NCBI GenBank assembly: GCA_002291845.1
Contig: DBAU01000048.1
Location: 1-52,135, forward strand
Source: Alphaproteobacteria bacterium UBA1002
Lineage (GTDB): Bacteria; Pseudomonadota; Alphaproteobacteria; Rickettsiales; UBA998
DNA: 52,135 nucleotides
Direction: 5' to 3'
This document shows positions 35,483 to 44,677 of this stretch, in pieces. How positions within the stretch are numbered: position 1 is the stretch's first letter; the number at the start of each line of letters is the position of its first letter. The notes under the pieces were generated by a model that saw only the letters and a program-made list of their open reading frames with translations, ran no database searches and was not told the origin of the DNA. Both the position numbers and the translations under genes were made by a program.

Positions 35483-36651
35483 AGAACTTGCTTGTCTCCC
35501 GTGTATCCGGCCCGTTTCTTGATGCGTTTGAGCGCGCCGAATGCGGCAGCCTGCACCTCACCGCGCCTGGTGGCATCTCACGCCATTTTCAGGGCAGCCG
35601 CCCCGGCCCGCAGGCCACATTTCATATTCATGAATGGGATACTTTAATGATGCTGGTTTCACGCGGGGATATTGGTCTGGGTGAGGCTTATATCGACGGC
35701 CTGTGGGATACCGAAGACCTCGACGCGTTGTTTCAGTATTTCCTGCTCAACCTCGACCAGCTGGAAGGCTATGCACATGGCACCTGGTGGAACCGCATGC
35801 TGTTCAACTTTGTGAATCAGGTGATCCGCCGTAACTCACCGCAGGGCAGCAAGCATAACATCCGCGCCCATTACGATGTAGGCAACGAGTTCTACTCGCT
35901 GTGGCTGGATGAGAGCATGACCTATTCCAGTGCCCTGTTTCCAAGCAATGACAATGCCACGCTGGAACAGGCACAGGAGCGCAAATATGGTCGCATCCTG
36001 CAACGCATCGGTGGCAGTGCTGGTAACGTGTTGGAGGTCGGCTGCGGCTGGGGCGGCTTTGCCGAAGCGGCTGCCCGTGAAGGGCGGCAGGTCACCGGCA
36101 TTACGGTCTCGCCTGCGCAGCATGCGTTTGCTACACAGCGGCTGGGCAATAAAGCGGACATTCGCTTACAGGATTACCGCCATACCGAGGGCCGCTTTGA
36201 TGCAATCGTCTCGATCGAAATGTTTGAGGCGGTTGGCGAACGCTACTGGCCGACCTATTTTTCCACGCTGAAGCAACGGCTCAGCGAAGGAGGGAGTGCC
36301 GTGATCCAGACCATTACCGTCGATGATGCGATTTTCCCCGGCTATCGTACACGTAGCGATTTCATCCGCCATTACACCTTCCCCGGTGGTATGCTGCCCT
36401 CCGTGCAGCGTTTTCGTGAAGAGGCCCAGAAGGTGGGTTTTGTCTGCCGTGATGTGTACCGTTTTGGGCAGGATTACGCCCGTACGCTGCGCGAATGGCT
36501 GGTGCGCTTTGATGCCGCTGAACCCCAGATCCGCGCGCTGGGGTATGATACTCCATTCCTGCGTACCTGGCGTTTCTACCTGGCCATGTGCGCGGCGGCG
36601 TTCCATGTTGGCCGTACCGATGTCGTGCAAGTGGAGCTGGGCCATGCGTAG
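35479..36651 (+). CDS. cyclopropane-fatty-acyl-phospholipid synthase-like SAM-dependent methyltransferase
   Basis: NIRAHYDVGNEFYSLWLDESMTYSSALF, LEVGCGWGGFA (SAM motif I), SIEMFEAVGERYW, FIRHYTFPGGMLPS. Confidence 0.85.
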   Translation: MKNLLVSRVSGPFLDAFERAECGSLHLTAPGGISRHFQGSRPGPQATFHIHEWDTLMMLVSRGDIGLGEAYIDGLWDTEDLDALFQYFLLNLDQLEGYAHGTWWNRMLFNFVNQVIRRNSPQGSKHNIRAHYDVGNEFYSLWLDESMTYSSALFPSNDNATLEQAQERKYGRILQRIGGSAGNVLEVGCGWGGFAEAAAREGRQVTGITVSPAQHAFATQRLGNKADIRLQDYRHTEGRFDAIVSIEMFEAVGERYWPTYFSTLKQRLSEGGSAVIQTITVDDAIFPGYRTRSDFIRHYTFPGGMLPSVQRFREEAQKVGFVCRDVYRFGQDYARTLREWLVRFDAAEPQIRALGYDTPFLRTWRFYLAMCAAAFHVGRTDVVQVELGHA

Positions 36652-37171
36652 CCGCCTTTTAATGCTCGCTGCGGCGTGGTTACTGGCGACTCCGGCTTTT
36701 GCTGAGCCACTCCCGGAAATTAAGGATACGCTGAAGGCCGAGGCGCCTTATGGAAAAGGTGATCTCCGCTGGCTGTGGATGAAGGCCTATGACGCCTCCT
36801 TATGGACGGATACGAAACCCTGGTCGATGAGCGCGCCTTTCGCGCTCAGCCTGACCTATGACATGGAGTTCGCGTCCGAAGAGCTCGCGGATCGCTCGAT
36901 TGATGAAATGCGGCGAGTGTCAAGCCTGAGCAAGACGCAGCTCGAAACCCTGCGCTCAATCTTGCGTCGGGTGTTTCCAAACGTAAAGTCAGGGGATCGT
37001 ATTACCGCGCTCTACCTTCCGGGAAAGTCTGTGCGTTTTTTCTATAATGGTGCGCCCAAGGGCAAGGTGACGGAGCCGTATTTCCCCGAGGCTTTTTTTG
37101 GTATCTGGCTCTCGGAGAAAACCTCTGAGCCTGGGCTGCGCCGTGCCCTGCTGGCGCTGGAGCGCCCGTGA
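36644..37171 (+). CDS. chalcone-isomerase-like family protein (secreted)
   Basis: Signal peptide MRSRLLMLAAAWLLATPAFA, then LRWLWMKAYDASLW. The true start is ATG 36644, overlapping the cfa-like stop. The track ORF from 36323 is an out-of-context extension. Confidence 0.6.
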   Translation: MRSRLLMLAAAWLLATPAFAEPLPEIKDTLKAEAPYGKGDLRWLWMKAYDASLWTDTKPWSMSAPFALSLTYDMEFASEELADRSIDEMRRVSSLSKTQLETLRSILRRVFPNVKSGDRITALYLPGKSVRFFYNGAPKGKVTEPYFPEAFFGIWLSEKTSEPGLRRALLALERP

Positions 37172-38442
37172 CACTGCTTCCCCAGCGAGATCTGGTATAT
37201 TATGGCTTGTTCGGTTTGCCGTTGGCCTTTGCTGGTCTTCCGCTGTATGTCCATCTTCCGCATTACTATAATGCCGTGCACGGTATGGAGCTGGCGCTGA
37301 TCGGTGGGCTGCTCTTGCTGGCGCGGCTGGTGGATACGGTGCAGGATCCGTTGATCGGTTGGGCGGGGGATCGCTGGCCACAGCATCGCCGCCGTGCGAT
37401 GATCATTAGCCTGCCTGTGATGGCGGTCGCGTTTGCTGCTCTCTTTCATCCTCCTGCCTTTGCGAAGGGGCATCTCGCCGTGTGGTTGGTTGCTCTGCTG
37501 GTAGTGGTGTATACCGCGTTTAGCGTGCTGAGTATTTTCTACAATGCCTTGGGTGTGCGGTTGGCGGGTGGTGATTATCATCAAAATACACGTGTAACCG
37601 CGGCGCGCGAAGGCATGGTCCTTGTGGGGGTGGTGCTTGCTGCCGCACTGCCGCACGCATTCGTGCAACGTTTTGGCATGTCCGAAGGGTTTATGTATGT
37701 CAGCGGGATATTTGCCCTGCTCCTCGCCGGATTCAGCTTCCCGCTGCTTGCTCGCGGGGAATGGTTCCATCAGCGCGATACCGGCGTCCCACCGGCGGCA
37801 TTGGCGATAGGGGCGTCCCTTGCCGCCTGCTGGCAGGCACGTGACCTGCGCTGGCTCTTTGGCTTGTTCTTCGTCAATGCATTGCCGGTGGCGTTCACCT
37901 CAACACTGTTTCTGTTTTTTGTGGAAGACCGTCTTGACGCAGAATCGGAAGCGGGCTGGCTACTCATGCTCTATTTCCTTACGGCGGCGGCATCGATTCC
38001 TGTTTGGAGCGCACTCAGCCGCCATTACGGCAAGCGCCGACCGCTCATGGTCGCCTTACTGCTGGCGGTGACGTCGTTCATCTGGGCCTACGGGTTGCAG
38101 GCGGGAGAAGTGACCTCTTTTGCTATCATCTGCGCACTCTCCGGAATCGCGGTAGGGGGAGATATGGCGCTCCTACCCTCGCTGCTGTCCGATGGGCTGA
38201 AAGAGCGGCCTCAGCTGCATAGTTTTGCCTTCGGACTATGGAATTTCCTTACCAAGCTAACACTTGCCTTAGCCGCGGGTATCGCCTTGCCGCTGCTGGA
38301 GGTGGCGGGCTATCGCCCCGGTGACGCAGCGACATCCACGCAGGCACTGGCGGTGACATACGCCCTGTTACCCTGCGCATTGAAGCTGTTATCCATTCTA
38401 CTGTTATTTCTTATTCCACTCGATGCACGGAGACCCGTATGA
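37168..38442 (+). CDS. MFS-type transporter (GPH/MFS_2-like)
   Basis: About 12 hydrophobic segments. It has a GTG start overlapping the previous stop and a conserved position in cfa-like clusters. Confidence 0.72.
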   Translation: MTLLPQRDLVYYGLFGLPLAFAGLPLYVHLPHYYNAVHGMELALIGGLLLLARLVDTVQDPLIGWAGDRWPQHRRRAMIISLPVMAVAFAALFHPPAFAKGHLAVWLVALLVVVYTAFSVLSIFYNALGVRLAGGDYHQNTRVTAAREGMVLVGVVLAAALPHAFVQRFGMSEGFMYVSGIFALLLAGFSFPLLARGEWFHQRDTGVPPAALAIGASLAACWQARDLRWLFGLFFVNALPVAFTSTLFLFFVEDRLDAESEAGWLLMLYFLTAAASIPVWSALSRHYGKRRPLMVALLLAVTSFIWAYGLQAGEVTSFAIICALSGIAVGGDMALLPSLLSDGLKERPQLHSFAFGLWNFLTKLTLALAAGIALPLLEVAGYRPGDAATSTQALAVTYALLPCALKLLSILLLFLIPLDARRPV

Positions 38443-38969
38443 AGACGATCAAGACCTTTATTGCCAGCCTGATGTTTTTACTCGGCGGCTGCTCTGGCCA
38501 GACGCCGGAGGATTACGCCAATGCCACGCCTAAGCTCGATCTGCGTGAATACCTCAACGGGCGGCTGGAGGCCTGGGGCGTGCTGTTTGACTATACCGGC
38601 AAGGTGGATCGCCAGTTTTATGTGGTGATGGAGGGCAGCTGGAACGGCAATGAGGGCACGCTGAAAGAGTGGTTCACCTATAGCGATGGCCGCAAGGATG
38701 AGCGGGTATGGACCGTGACCTACTCCGACGATCACCATTTCACCGGCACCGCGCATGATGTGATCGGCAAAGCCGAGGGTAAACAGTTCGGCAATGCCGT
38801 GAATATGCAGTACACCCTGCGTGCCAAGCGTGATTCCGGCGATACCATTGATCTCTCGATGGATGACTGGATGTATCTGATTGATGATAAAACACTTATC
38901 AACCGCACCACCATGAAGAAATTTGGCCTGAAGGTCGGCGAGCTGGTCATCGCCTTCCGTAAGGAGTAG
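38439..38969 (+). CDS. DUF3833-family lipoprotein
   Basis: Lipobox LLGGCSG, then LDLREYLNGRLEAWGVLFDYTGKVDRQF..W. Confidence 0.7.
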   Translation: MKTIKTFIASLMFLLGGCSGQTPEDYANATPKLDLREYLNGRLEAWGVLFDYTGKVDRQFYVVMEGSWNGNEGTLKEWFTYSDGRKDERVWTVTYSDDHHFTGTAHDVIGKAEGKQFGNAVNMQYTLRAKRDSGDTIDLSMDDWMYLIDDKTLINRTTMKKFGLKVGELVIAFRKE

Positions 38970-38971
38970 CC

Positions 38972-39715
38972 ATGTTCCACGCACAAACGATCTGGCTGAT
39001 TGGTGCCAGTGAGGGCATCGGGGCGGCGCTGGCAGAACGACTCGCCCGCGAGGCGGCGACGCTGGTACTTAGTGCCCGACAGGCAGAGAAGCTGGAAGCG
39101 CTGAAGATGCGGCTGGCCGGTCAGGGGCATCGGATCTTACCCATGGATGTCACGGATGAGCGCAGCGTTGAGGCGGCATGGCAGAGCTTCGGTACAACGC
39201 CACCGGACATGGTAATCTACAATGCCGGAGCGTATGAGCCGCTCAGTGCCAAGCAATTTGATCTGGCGCGCACGGAGCTGATGCTGGATGTTAATTTCCG
39301 CGGAGCTTTGCGAATGCTCGCGCACGTACTGCCAGCCATGCAGGCACGTCGCTCGGGTCATCTAGTGCTGGTAGCCAGTGTGGCGGCCTATCGCGGCCTC
39401 CCCAAAGCCATCGGCTATGGCGCCAGCAAAGCGGCACTTCTGCATCTGGCGGAGAATCTGCGTACCGATCTGGAAGATACCGGCATTTGCGTGCAAGTGG
39501 TCAACCCTGGCTTTGTAAAGACTCGGCTGACCGATAAAAATGACTTCTCGATGCCGTTTCTTATCACCCCTGCGCAGGCCGCGGCGGAGATCGTGCACGG
39601 GCTGCAGCAGGGCGGCTTCGATATTCACTTCCCCAAACGCTTTACCCTGCTTATGAAGTTGCTGCGCATACTGCCGTACCGCGCCTATTTCTGGGTGCTT
39701 CGGCACCTTCTTTAG
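38972..39715 (+). CDS. SDR-family short-chain dehydrogenase/reductase
   Basis: IWLIGASEGIGAALA (TGxxxGxG-like), NAG, and catalytic YGASKAAL. Confidence 0.85.
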   Translation: MFHAQTIWLIGASEGIGAALAERLAREAATLVLSARQAEKLEALKMRLAGQGHRILPMDVTDERSVEAAWQSFGTTPPDMVIYNAGAYEPLSAKQFDLARTELMLDVNFRGALRMLAHVLPAMQARRSGHLVLVASVAAYRGLPKAIGYGASKAALLHLAENLRTDLEDTGICVQVVNPGFVKTRLTDKNDFSMPFLITPAQAAAEIVHGLQQGGFDIHFPKRFTLLMKLLRILPYRAYFWVLRHLL

Positions 39716-39729
39716 AGCAGTGTGGGGAA

Positions 39730-41154
39730 TTAGCTCGCTTCAGCAATCCGTAGCTGTTCCAGATTGACCGTTGCCGCATAGAAATTGGCTAATGACTTAA
39801 ACAATTTCAGCACCGATTCCGCCTGCTTAATACGCGCATTGGCGACGTTATCCTCGCGCAGGTTAACCACAAAGAAATCACTGGCCCCGCTGGTGAAGCG
39901 TTCCTGCTCGGCACGCTGCATGGTGAGTGCGACCTGCACCTCCTGTTCGGCCAGTGCCACATTCTGCTCCGCCGCTTCGATATCGGCGAGGATATTGCGG
40001 ATTTCTGCGCGAATCTGGTCATCGAGCAGGCGCCGCTGGTATTGCAGCTCTTTAAGACGCGCTTTGGCTTGCGCGACGATCCCTTCTCCGGCACGACGCT
40101 GCAGAGGTATTGACACATTCAGCTTGACCATGCCCTCTGTCTCATCACGGGTCGGGCTCCCATCGCCATAGTCTCGTGCCGTTTCCACGCCCACATCCAC
40201 CTTGGGCATGATGCGATTTTCACCCAGCGCCAAGCGATTTTCTTCCTGCTTGATGGTGGCATCCAGTACTCCAAATTCTGGACGCGCTTCGATGGCTTTG
40301 AGAACATCGTTCTCCGCGGCATCTTTCTGTGGCCGCACTAGAACAGGGGCACGTGCTGGCAGCGCGTCGGCGGTTGGAGATACCGGTTCTCCCGCCTCAT
40401 CACGCCAGAAAAGCGACAGTTTATTTGCGGCATTGATAAATGCTCGCTCCGCTTCGTTCAGCTTAGCACGACGTGCAAAAATATATTGTCGATTCTCGGT
40501 GACAAAAATATCGGCAACATCACCCCGTGCGGCGCGCTGTGATAAGGCATCCTGTCGCTCCTCGGCAATGGCAAGCAGGTCACGCCGTACCTGCACCACC
40601 TGCCCGGCGGCGAGCCACTCAGCATAGGCATGCATTGCCTGATGCTGCACAGAGATTTTGGTCAGTAACAGATCCAGCTCAGCGGCATTCAGCTGCAGCT
40701 CATTGTTCATCAGGCTGAAGCGTTCTTCGTCAATGGCGCGATTACGCAGCAGCGAAAACATTGCACCAAGGGAGAACTCTCCTCCATCGTTGGTAAAGAG
40801 TTTGTCCTCATAAATTGGAAAATCACCCTCAGCTACCCGGTAGCCGCCATAGACACGGGTGTTGGTGCCCTCCAGGCGTTTCTCCAGGCGCGTGTCGGTA
40901 ATGCGCCCATTGTAGAATCCAGATGGGCGCGCGTAGCTGTCGTTATTCAACTCCAGATCGAAGATCCCTTGGGACGCTGTAACCGCTCCTTTTTGTGCAT
41001 CAATCGCCGCTTTGGATTCAAGAATTTGCGGATAATGACGCAGTGACGAGCCCAGCACATCCTCTAGCATCAGCGTTGGTGCCGCATGCGCAGGGGCAGC
41101 GAAGGCCAGCCACACGCCTGCGAATAAAAAACGTTTATTTTGTGGCCATGTCAT
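39730..41154 (-). CDS. TolC-family outer-membrane channel protein
   Basis: Signal peptide FLFAGVWLAFAAPAHA, plus two repeated coiled-coil/beta halves typical of OEP/TolC proteins. Confidence 0.85.
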   Translation of the reverse strand: MTWPQNKRFLFAGVWLAFAAPAHAAPTLMLEDVLGSSLRHYPQILESKAAIDAQKGAVTASQGIFDLELNNDSYARPSGFYNGRITDTRLEKRLEGTNTRVYGGYRVAEGDFPIYEDKLFTNDGGEFSLGAMFSLLRNRAIDEERFSLMNNELQLNAAELDLLLTKISVQHQAMHAYAEWLAAGQVVQVRRDLLAIAEERQDALSQRAARGDVADIFVTENRQYIFARRAKLNEAERAFINAANKLSLFWRDEAGEPVSPTADALPARAPVLVRPQKDAAENDVLKAIEARPEFGVLDATIKQEENRLALGENRIMPKVDVGVETARDYGDGSPTRDETEGMVKLNVSIPLQRRAGEGIVAQAKARLKELQYQRRLLDDQIRAEIRNILADIEAAEQNVALAEQEVQVALTMQRAEQERFTSGASDFFVVNLREDNVANARIKQAESVLKLFKSLANFYAATVNLEQLRIAEAS

Positions 41155-42235
41155 CCGTAGCTACCTTGCTCGGTTCGGTCATGGAGCGGTCAAATTCAGG
41201 GGGGAAGTTATTCAGCTGGCGCCACAGCTCGTAACCAAGCGGTACGGTATTGAGCAGCACCCAGCCTTTGGTCTTTGCTCCAAAGCGCAGGAACTCATGG
41301 CTGGAAGAAATAGTTTTGCCTTTGGGGTCAACCAGCGGCCATTGGTCTGGCCAGGGCAGATCATCCGGATCTTCCACAATCAGAATGCGGAAACGCCCAT
41401 TTACTGAGGCGTTTGGCTCCACAATCTTTACCACTCCACCGAACGTGCCAATGGCGGCGGACGGCCAGCCACTGAACTGAATCATGGGCCAGCCCTCAAA
41501 CTGCAAGCGCACTTTGCGGCCCGGAAAGATGAAGGGGATATCCAGCCCATTAATATAGAGCTCCACCGCGCGCTCACTACTGGCGGGCAGGAATTTGGCC
41601 AGCTCATCGCCTTCTTTAATGAAAGTGGCAAGATTACCGGCCAGAATCTGCACGACCGTACCATCCCGCGGGGCGGTGATGAGCTGACGTGCCTGGCGTG
41701 ACAGCTGTACATCAGCTTTGTTTAAGTCCGCGGCAGCTTGTGCTGCTTCGGATTTAAGGGATTTATAGCGGATACGCGCATCCTCAAATTCCTTGCGGGC
41801 ACTGAGGCCACGCTTGAACAGATCTTCCTGACGGTTGAGGTTAATCTCCGCCGTTTCCATGGCGATTTGGGCCGCCTCATATTTCCGGGACACCGCATCC
41901 CGCTCGGCCTGTAGGCGCTCGACCAACCGAGGATCATTATCGATGATCTCCACAATTGGATCGCCTTCTTTAACCTGCGCGCCGTCCTGAACAAACCAAC
42001 GGCTGATGCGTCCACTGACCTGCGCATTCACTGTCTGCAGACGGTTTTCCGGGTTAAAGGCAGTGACCTGTCCGAAGCCCGGCGCTGTCTGCACCCATGG
42101 CGTAAAAATGAGGAAAAGCAGCACAGTCACCATGGAAACGCGCAGCATGGTGGCGAAATTTTTCATCACCCGCGGCACGTAAATGCCCTGCAGTGTGGTC
42201 AGGCGCTCCACATGGTGGGAAGCAAACGGGCTCAT
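41135..42235 (-). CDS. HlyD-family membrane fusion (periplasmic adaptor) protein
   Basis: N-terminal TM, lipoyl-like VSGRISRWFVQDGAQVKEGDPIVEI, a coiled-coil hairpin, and ITAPRDGTVVQI. Confidence 0.85.
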   Translation of the reverse strand: MSPFASHHVERLTTLQGIYVPRVMKNFATMLRVSMVTVLLFLIFTPWVQTAPGFGQVTAFNPENRLQTVNAQVSGRISRWFVQDGAQVKEGDPIVEIIDNDPRLVERLQAERDAVSRKYEAAQIAMETAEINLNRQEDLFKRGLSARKEFEDARIRYKSLKSEAAQAAADLNKADVQLSRQARQLITAPRDGTVVQILAGNLATFIKEGDELAKFLPASSERAVELYINGLDIPFIFPGRKVRLQFEGWPMIQFSGWPSAAIGTFGGVVKIVEPNASVNGRFRILIVEDPDDLPWPDQWPLVDPKGKTISSSHEFLRFGAKTKGWVLLNTVPLGYELWRQLNNFPPEFDRSMTEPSKVATDDMATK

Positions 42236-43944
42236 GCTTCATCCTCCTGACGTTCGGCTGTGACCATCGCTTCAAGGCTGTCATAGAAAATCTGCTCTTC
42301 TGCGCGCAGGACGAGGTACTGATCAAACGTGGCGATATCCTTACGGTTTGTGAAATACAGCAGACTCATCTCCGGAATACTGCGGATATAATCTAGCAAA
42401 CGGCGCCGCAGGGACGGTTGCAGCACATCGTAGAGCTCTGTCATGACCAGTAAGCGTGGCCGCGATAGTAGGGCTACAGCCAGCTTCAGGCGCAATACTT
42501 CCGAAGAGGAAAGCGGGTGGCCGGCTGGATTCATCTCGGTTTCTAAACCCTGTTTGAGATGGCCAATGGACTCTTCCAATCCCACGGCTCGCAATACGGT
42601 TTGAATCTCCGCGCGCGATGCTTGTGGGCAGCCGAATTTCAAATAATTCTCGATGGTTCCCTCAATCATCATGGTGTTATCGAGCACAATGATTTTCTCA
42701 CGCAGCTTGTGGAGATCATAATCAAGCAGATCTTTATCGCCGACCAGCAAACGTCCCTGCACAGGCTCTTGATGCCCCTGCAGCAGGTCAATCAGCAACT
42801 TCTCCAGCGTATGCGAACGTGTGGAGGCTAGAATTTTCATGCCAGCCGGGATAGTGAAGTTCAGCATGAAGCGACGACCACGGAAGGTCTGCTCTACCTG
42901 ATCTACCACAAGGTCAAAAGGCTGATTGTCTGGCGCCAAGCGGCCATTGGTATCCTCAAGAGGTATTTGATAGAAATGGGATAATTTCTCCATCGAGGCA
43001 TAGAGCTCATAAAGTAGCGTGAGCTGGCTGGCAAACTTCGAGATGCCGAATAAAATGGCGGAAAGGATCAGCTCCGCCGCGACCAGCTGGCCCAGGGTCA
43101 GCTGATTGCTGATGACCAGCCATCCGCCAATGCCCAGCAAGGCCGCACTAGCTAGTGCGTAGAGCAGGGTAAAGCCAATATACTGGCTGAGTGTATCCCC
43201 AAATAATTTCTTCCGGGCCTTGATGTAATCACCCGCGAGATCGTTGGTGCGATCCAGCGCGAACAGAATGTTGCGCTCAGATTTGAAAAAGTGATTGGCC
43301 CGCGCGAGCTCCTCAAGCCAGCGTGCCGTCGCATACTTGGCTTTTGATACTTTTAACGCATCTTTCAGTGCCCGACTGGCCCATATCTTCCAGATCAAAT
43401 AAATGACCATTAGAAGCAGCAGGTTGAACATTAAGAACCAGGGATGGTAGAACGATACGATGGTGATGCCCACCACGGTTTGCAGCGCCAGTGAAAACGC
43501 GCCGGTTACCAGAAGCGGTACGTTCTTCTGAACGATCATAATCTCAAAATAACGGTTGATAAGCTCGGCGCGATTGATGCTTTCAAAATGGGCATAGCGG
43601 GCATAGATGTTACGTAGAGCAATGTCTCCGGCAATGCGTGCGTAAAAGCGCCGCTCAAATAACTCCATGGTGTAGTATTGAAGAATATTCAGCGTACCTG
43701 AAAACAGCAGCATGATAAGCAACATGACCGCCAGAACCACCACAGGGTTGAGCAGCGCCATGTTGGCGACGGTGCTCATCAGCGTTTGTACTGATACAGG
43801 AATGGCAAGCGTTAGCAGGCTAACGCCGAGGCCATAGACGATGGCCATGGTGTAAAAACTTCGCTCTGGCTGTAGTATGAGCTTAAAAAGCGAAAAAAAG
43901 CTAGGTGGCTCTTCAGTTAGCGGACGAGCGGTCACGGCGGGCAT
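42232..43944 (-). CDS. ABC exporter-like half-transporter (T1SS-type TMD) with a degenerate nucleotide-binding domain
   Basis: The 6-TM ABC_membrane-type N-terminal half is followed by an NBD-like fold. In it Walker A reads ILASTRSHT, the signature reads LSSSE, Walker B reads LLVMTE, and there is no H-loop His. Confidence 0.8.
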   Translation of the reverse strand: MPAVTARPLTEEPPSFFSLFKLILQPERSFYTMAIVYGLGVSLLTLAIPVSVQTLMSTVANMALLNPVVVLAVMLLIMLLFSGTLNILQYYTMELFERRFYARIAGDIALRNIYARYAHFESINRAELINRYFEIMIVQKNVPLLVTGAFSLALQTVVGITIVSFYHPWFLMFNLLLLMVIYLIWKIWASRALKDALKVSKAKYATARWLEELARANHFFKSERNILFALDRTNDLAGDYIKARKKLFGDTLSQYIGFTLLYALASAALLGIGGWLVISNQLTLGQLVAAELILSAILFGISKFASQLTLLYELYASMEKLSHFYQIPLEDTNGRLAPDNQPFDLVVDQVEQTFRGRRFMLNFTIPAGMKILASTRSHTLEKLLIDLLQGHQEPVQGRLLVGDKDLLDYDLHKLREKIIVLDNTMMIEGTIENYLKFGCPQASRAEIQTVLRAVGLEESIGHLKQGLETEMNPAGHPLSSSEVLRLKLAVALLSRPRLLVMTELYDVLQPSLRRRLLDYIRSIPEMSLLYFTNRKDIATFDQYLVLRAEEQIFYDSLEAMVTAERQEDEA

Positions 43945-44067
43945 GTCTGTTCCATGTCACAAGGTGCCTATGCTTCACGTCAATACGTTATCGTTGAGCA
44001 TAGTGCTATAAAATTCTGCACACACAGTTAGTACACGGGCGTTTTTTTTAAAGAGGGAAGAGAGCAT

Positions 44068-44098
44068 AAAAAAAGGGGCCCGATACCGGACCCCTTTT
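44068..44098 (-). terminator. rho-independent terminator downstream of the phasin gene
   Basis: GGGGCCCG-atac-CGGACCCC (44075-44094, one mismatch), followed on the minus strand by a T7 run (44068-44074). Confidence 0.65.
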
Positions 44099-44117
44099 AT
44101 TTAATCCACGGAAATAC

Positions 44118-44543
44118 TTATGCGGCTTTAGCGAGCGAAGAAATTTCTTCAACGCTCTCAGCTGCGCGGCGATTGAGCATGTCAAACGCTTCCATGCTGG
44201 ATTTCGTTGCCATTTCAGAAATTTCACGTGCGCCGCTGATGGCGTTCTCATACATCGACTTCGCGTATTCCGTCTGGCGCGCAGTATTGGTTTCCGGCGA
44301 GCTGGAGGTCATGATTTCTTTGGAGGTTTTCAAGAACTGCTCAACCGTATCACGGACCATTTCCGTTTGACGCTTGGTAATAGCTTGCGCGCTTTCCATC
44401 ATCATCTGGTTGGCAGCGGTGAATGCTTCGATGTTGCGACGCTGCATCGAGAACAATTTATTCATATCGAAAGCAGGGGTTTTAAATTCGCTCCAAGCTT
44501 TCCACATGTCATTGTAGTTAGCGGTCGTAGACTTCGGTGCCAT
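44118..44543 (-). CDS. phasin-family (PHA granule-associated) protein
   Basis: The 141-aa helical protein ..FDMNKLFSMQRRNIEAFTAANQMMMESAQAITKRQTEM.. matches the alphaproteobacterial phasin pattern. Confidence 0.78.
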   Translation of the reverse strand: MAPKSTTANYNDMWKAWSEFKTPAFDMNKLFSMQRRNIEAFTAANQMMMESAQAITKRQTEMVRDTVEQFLKTSKEIMTSSSPETNTARQTEYAKSMYENAISGAREISEMATKSSMEAFDMLNRRAAESVEEISSLAKAA

Positions 44544-44677
44544 TGGTCACTCCTGTATGTGTGAATGTACGAGTTATAGTGAACCCATACCGGTTCAGTG
44601 CGCACTATGATCAATTTTGGGTCCCAAGTCAACTGCTTTATTTGTGCGCCGCACAAGGGGCGCAAAGCAACCTATGG

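Noticed and set aside
36323-36643. N-terminal 107-codon extension of the chalcone-isomerase-like ORF.
   Set aside because: It lies entirely inside the cfa-like methyltransferase gene in another frame. A signal-peptide-bearing start at ATG 36644 fits operon-style overlap much better. Similar upstream extensions were trimmed for the polymerase (4581), yciB (4599), purD (8891), STAS (12921), cspA (28744) and msrB (31276).
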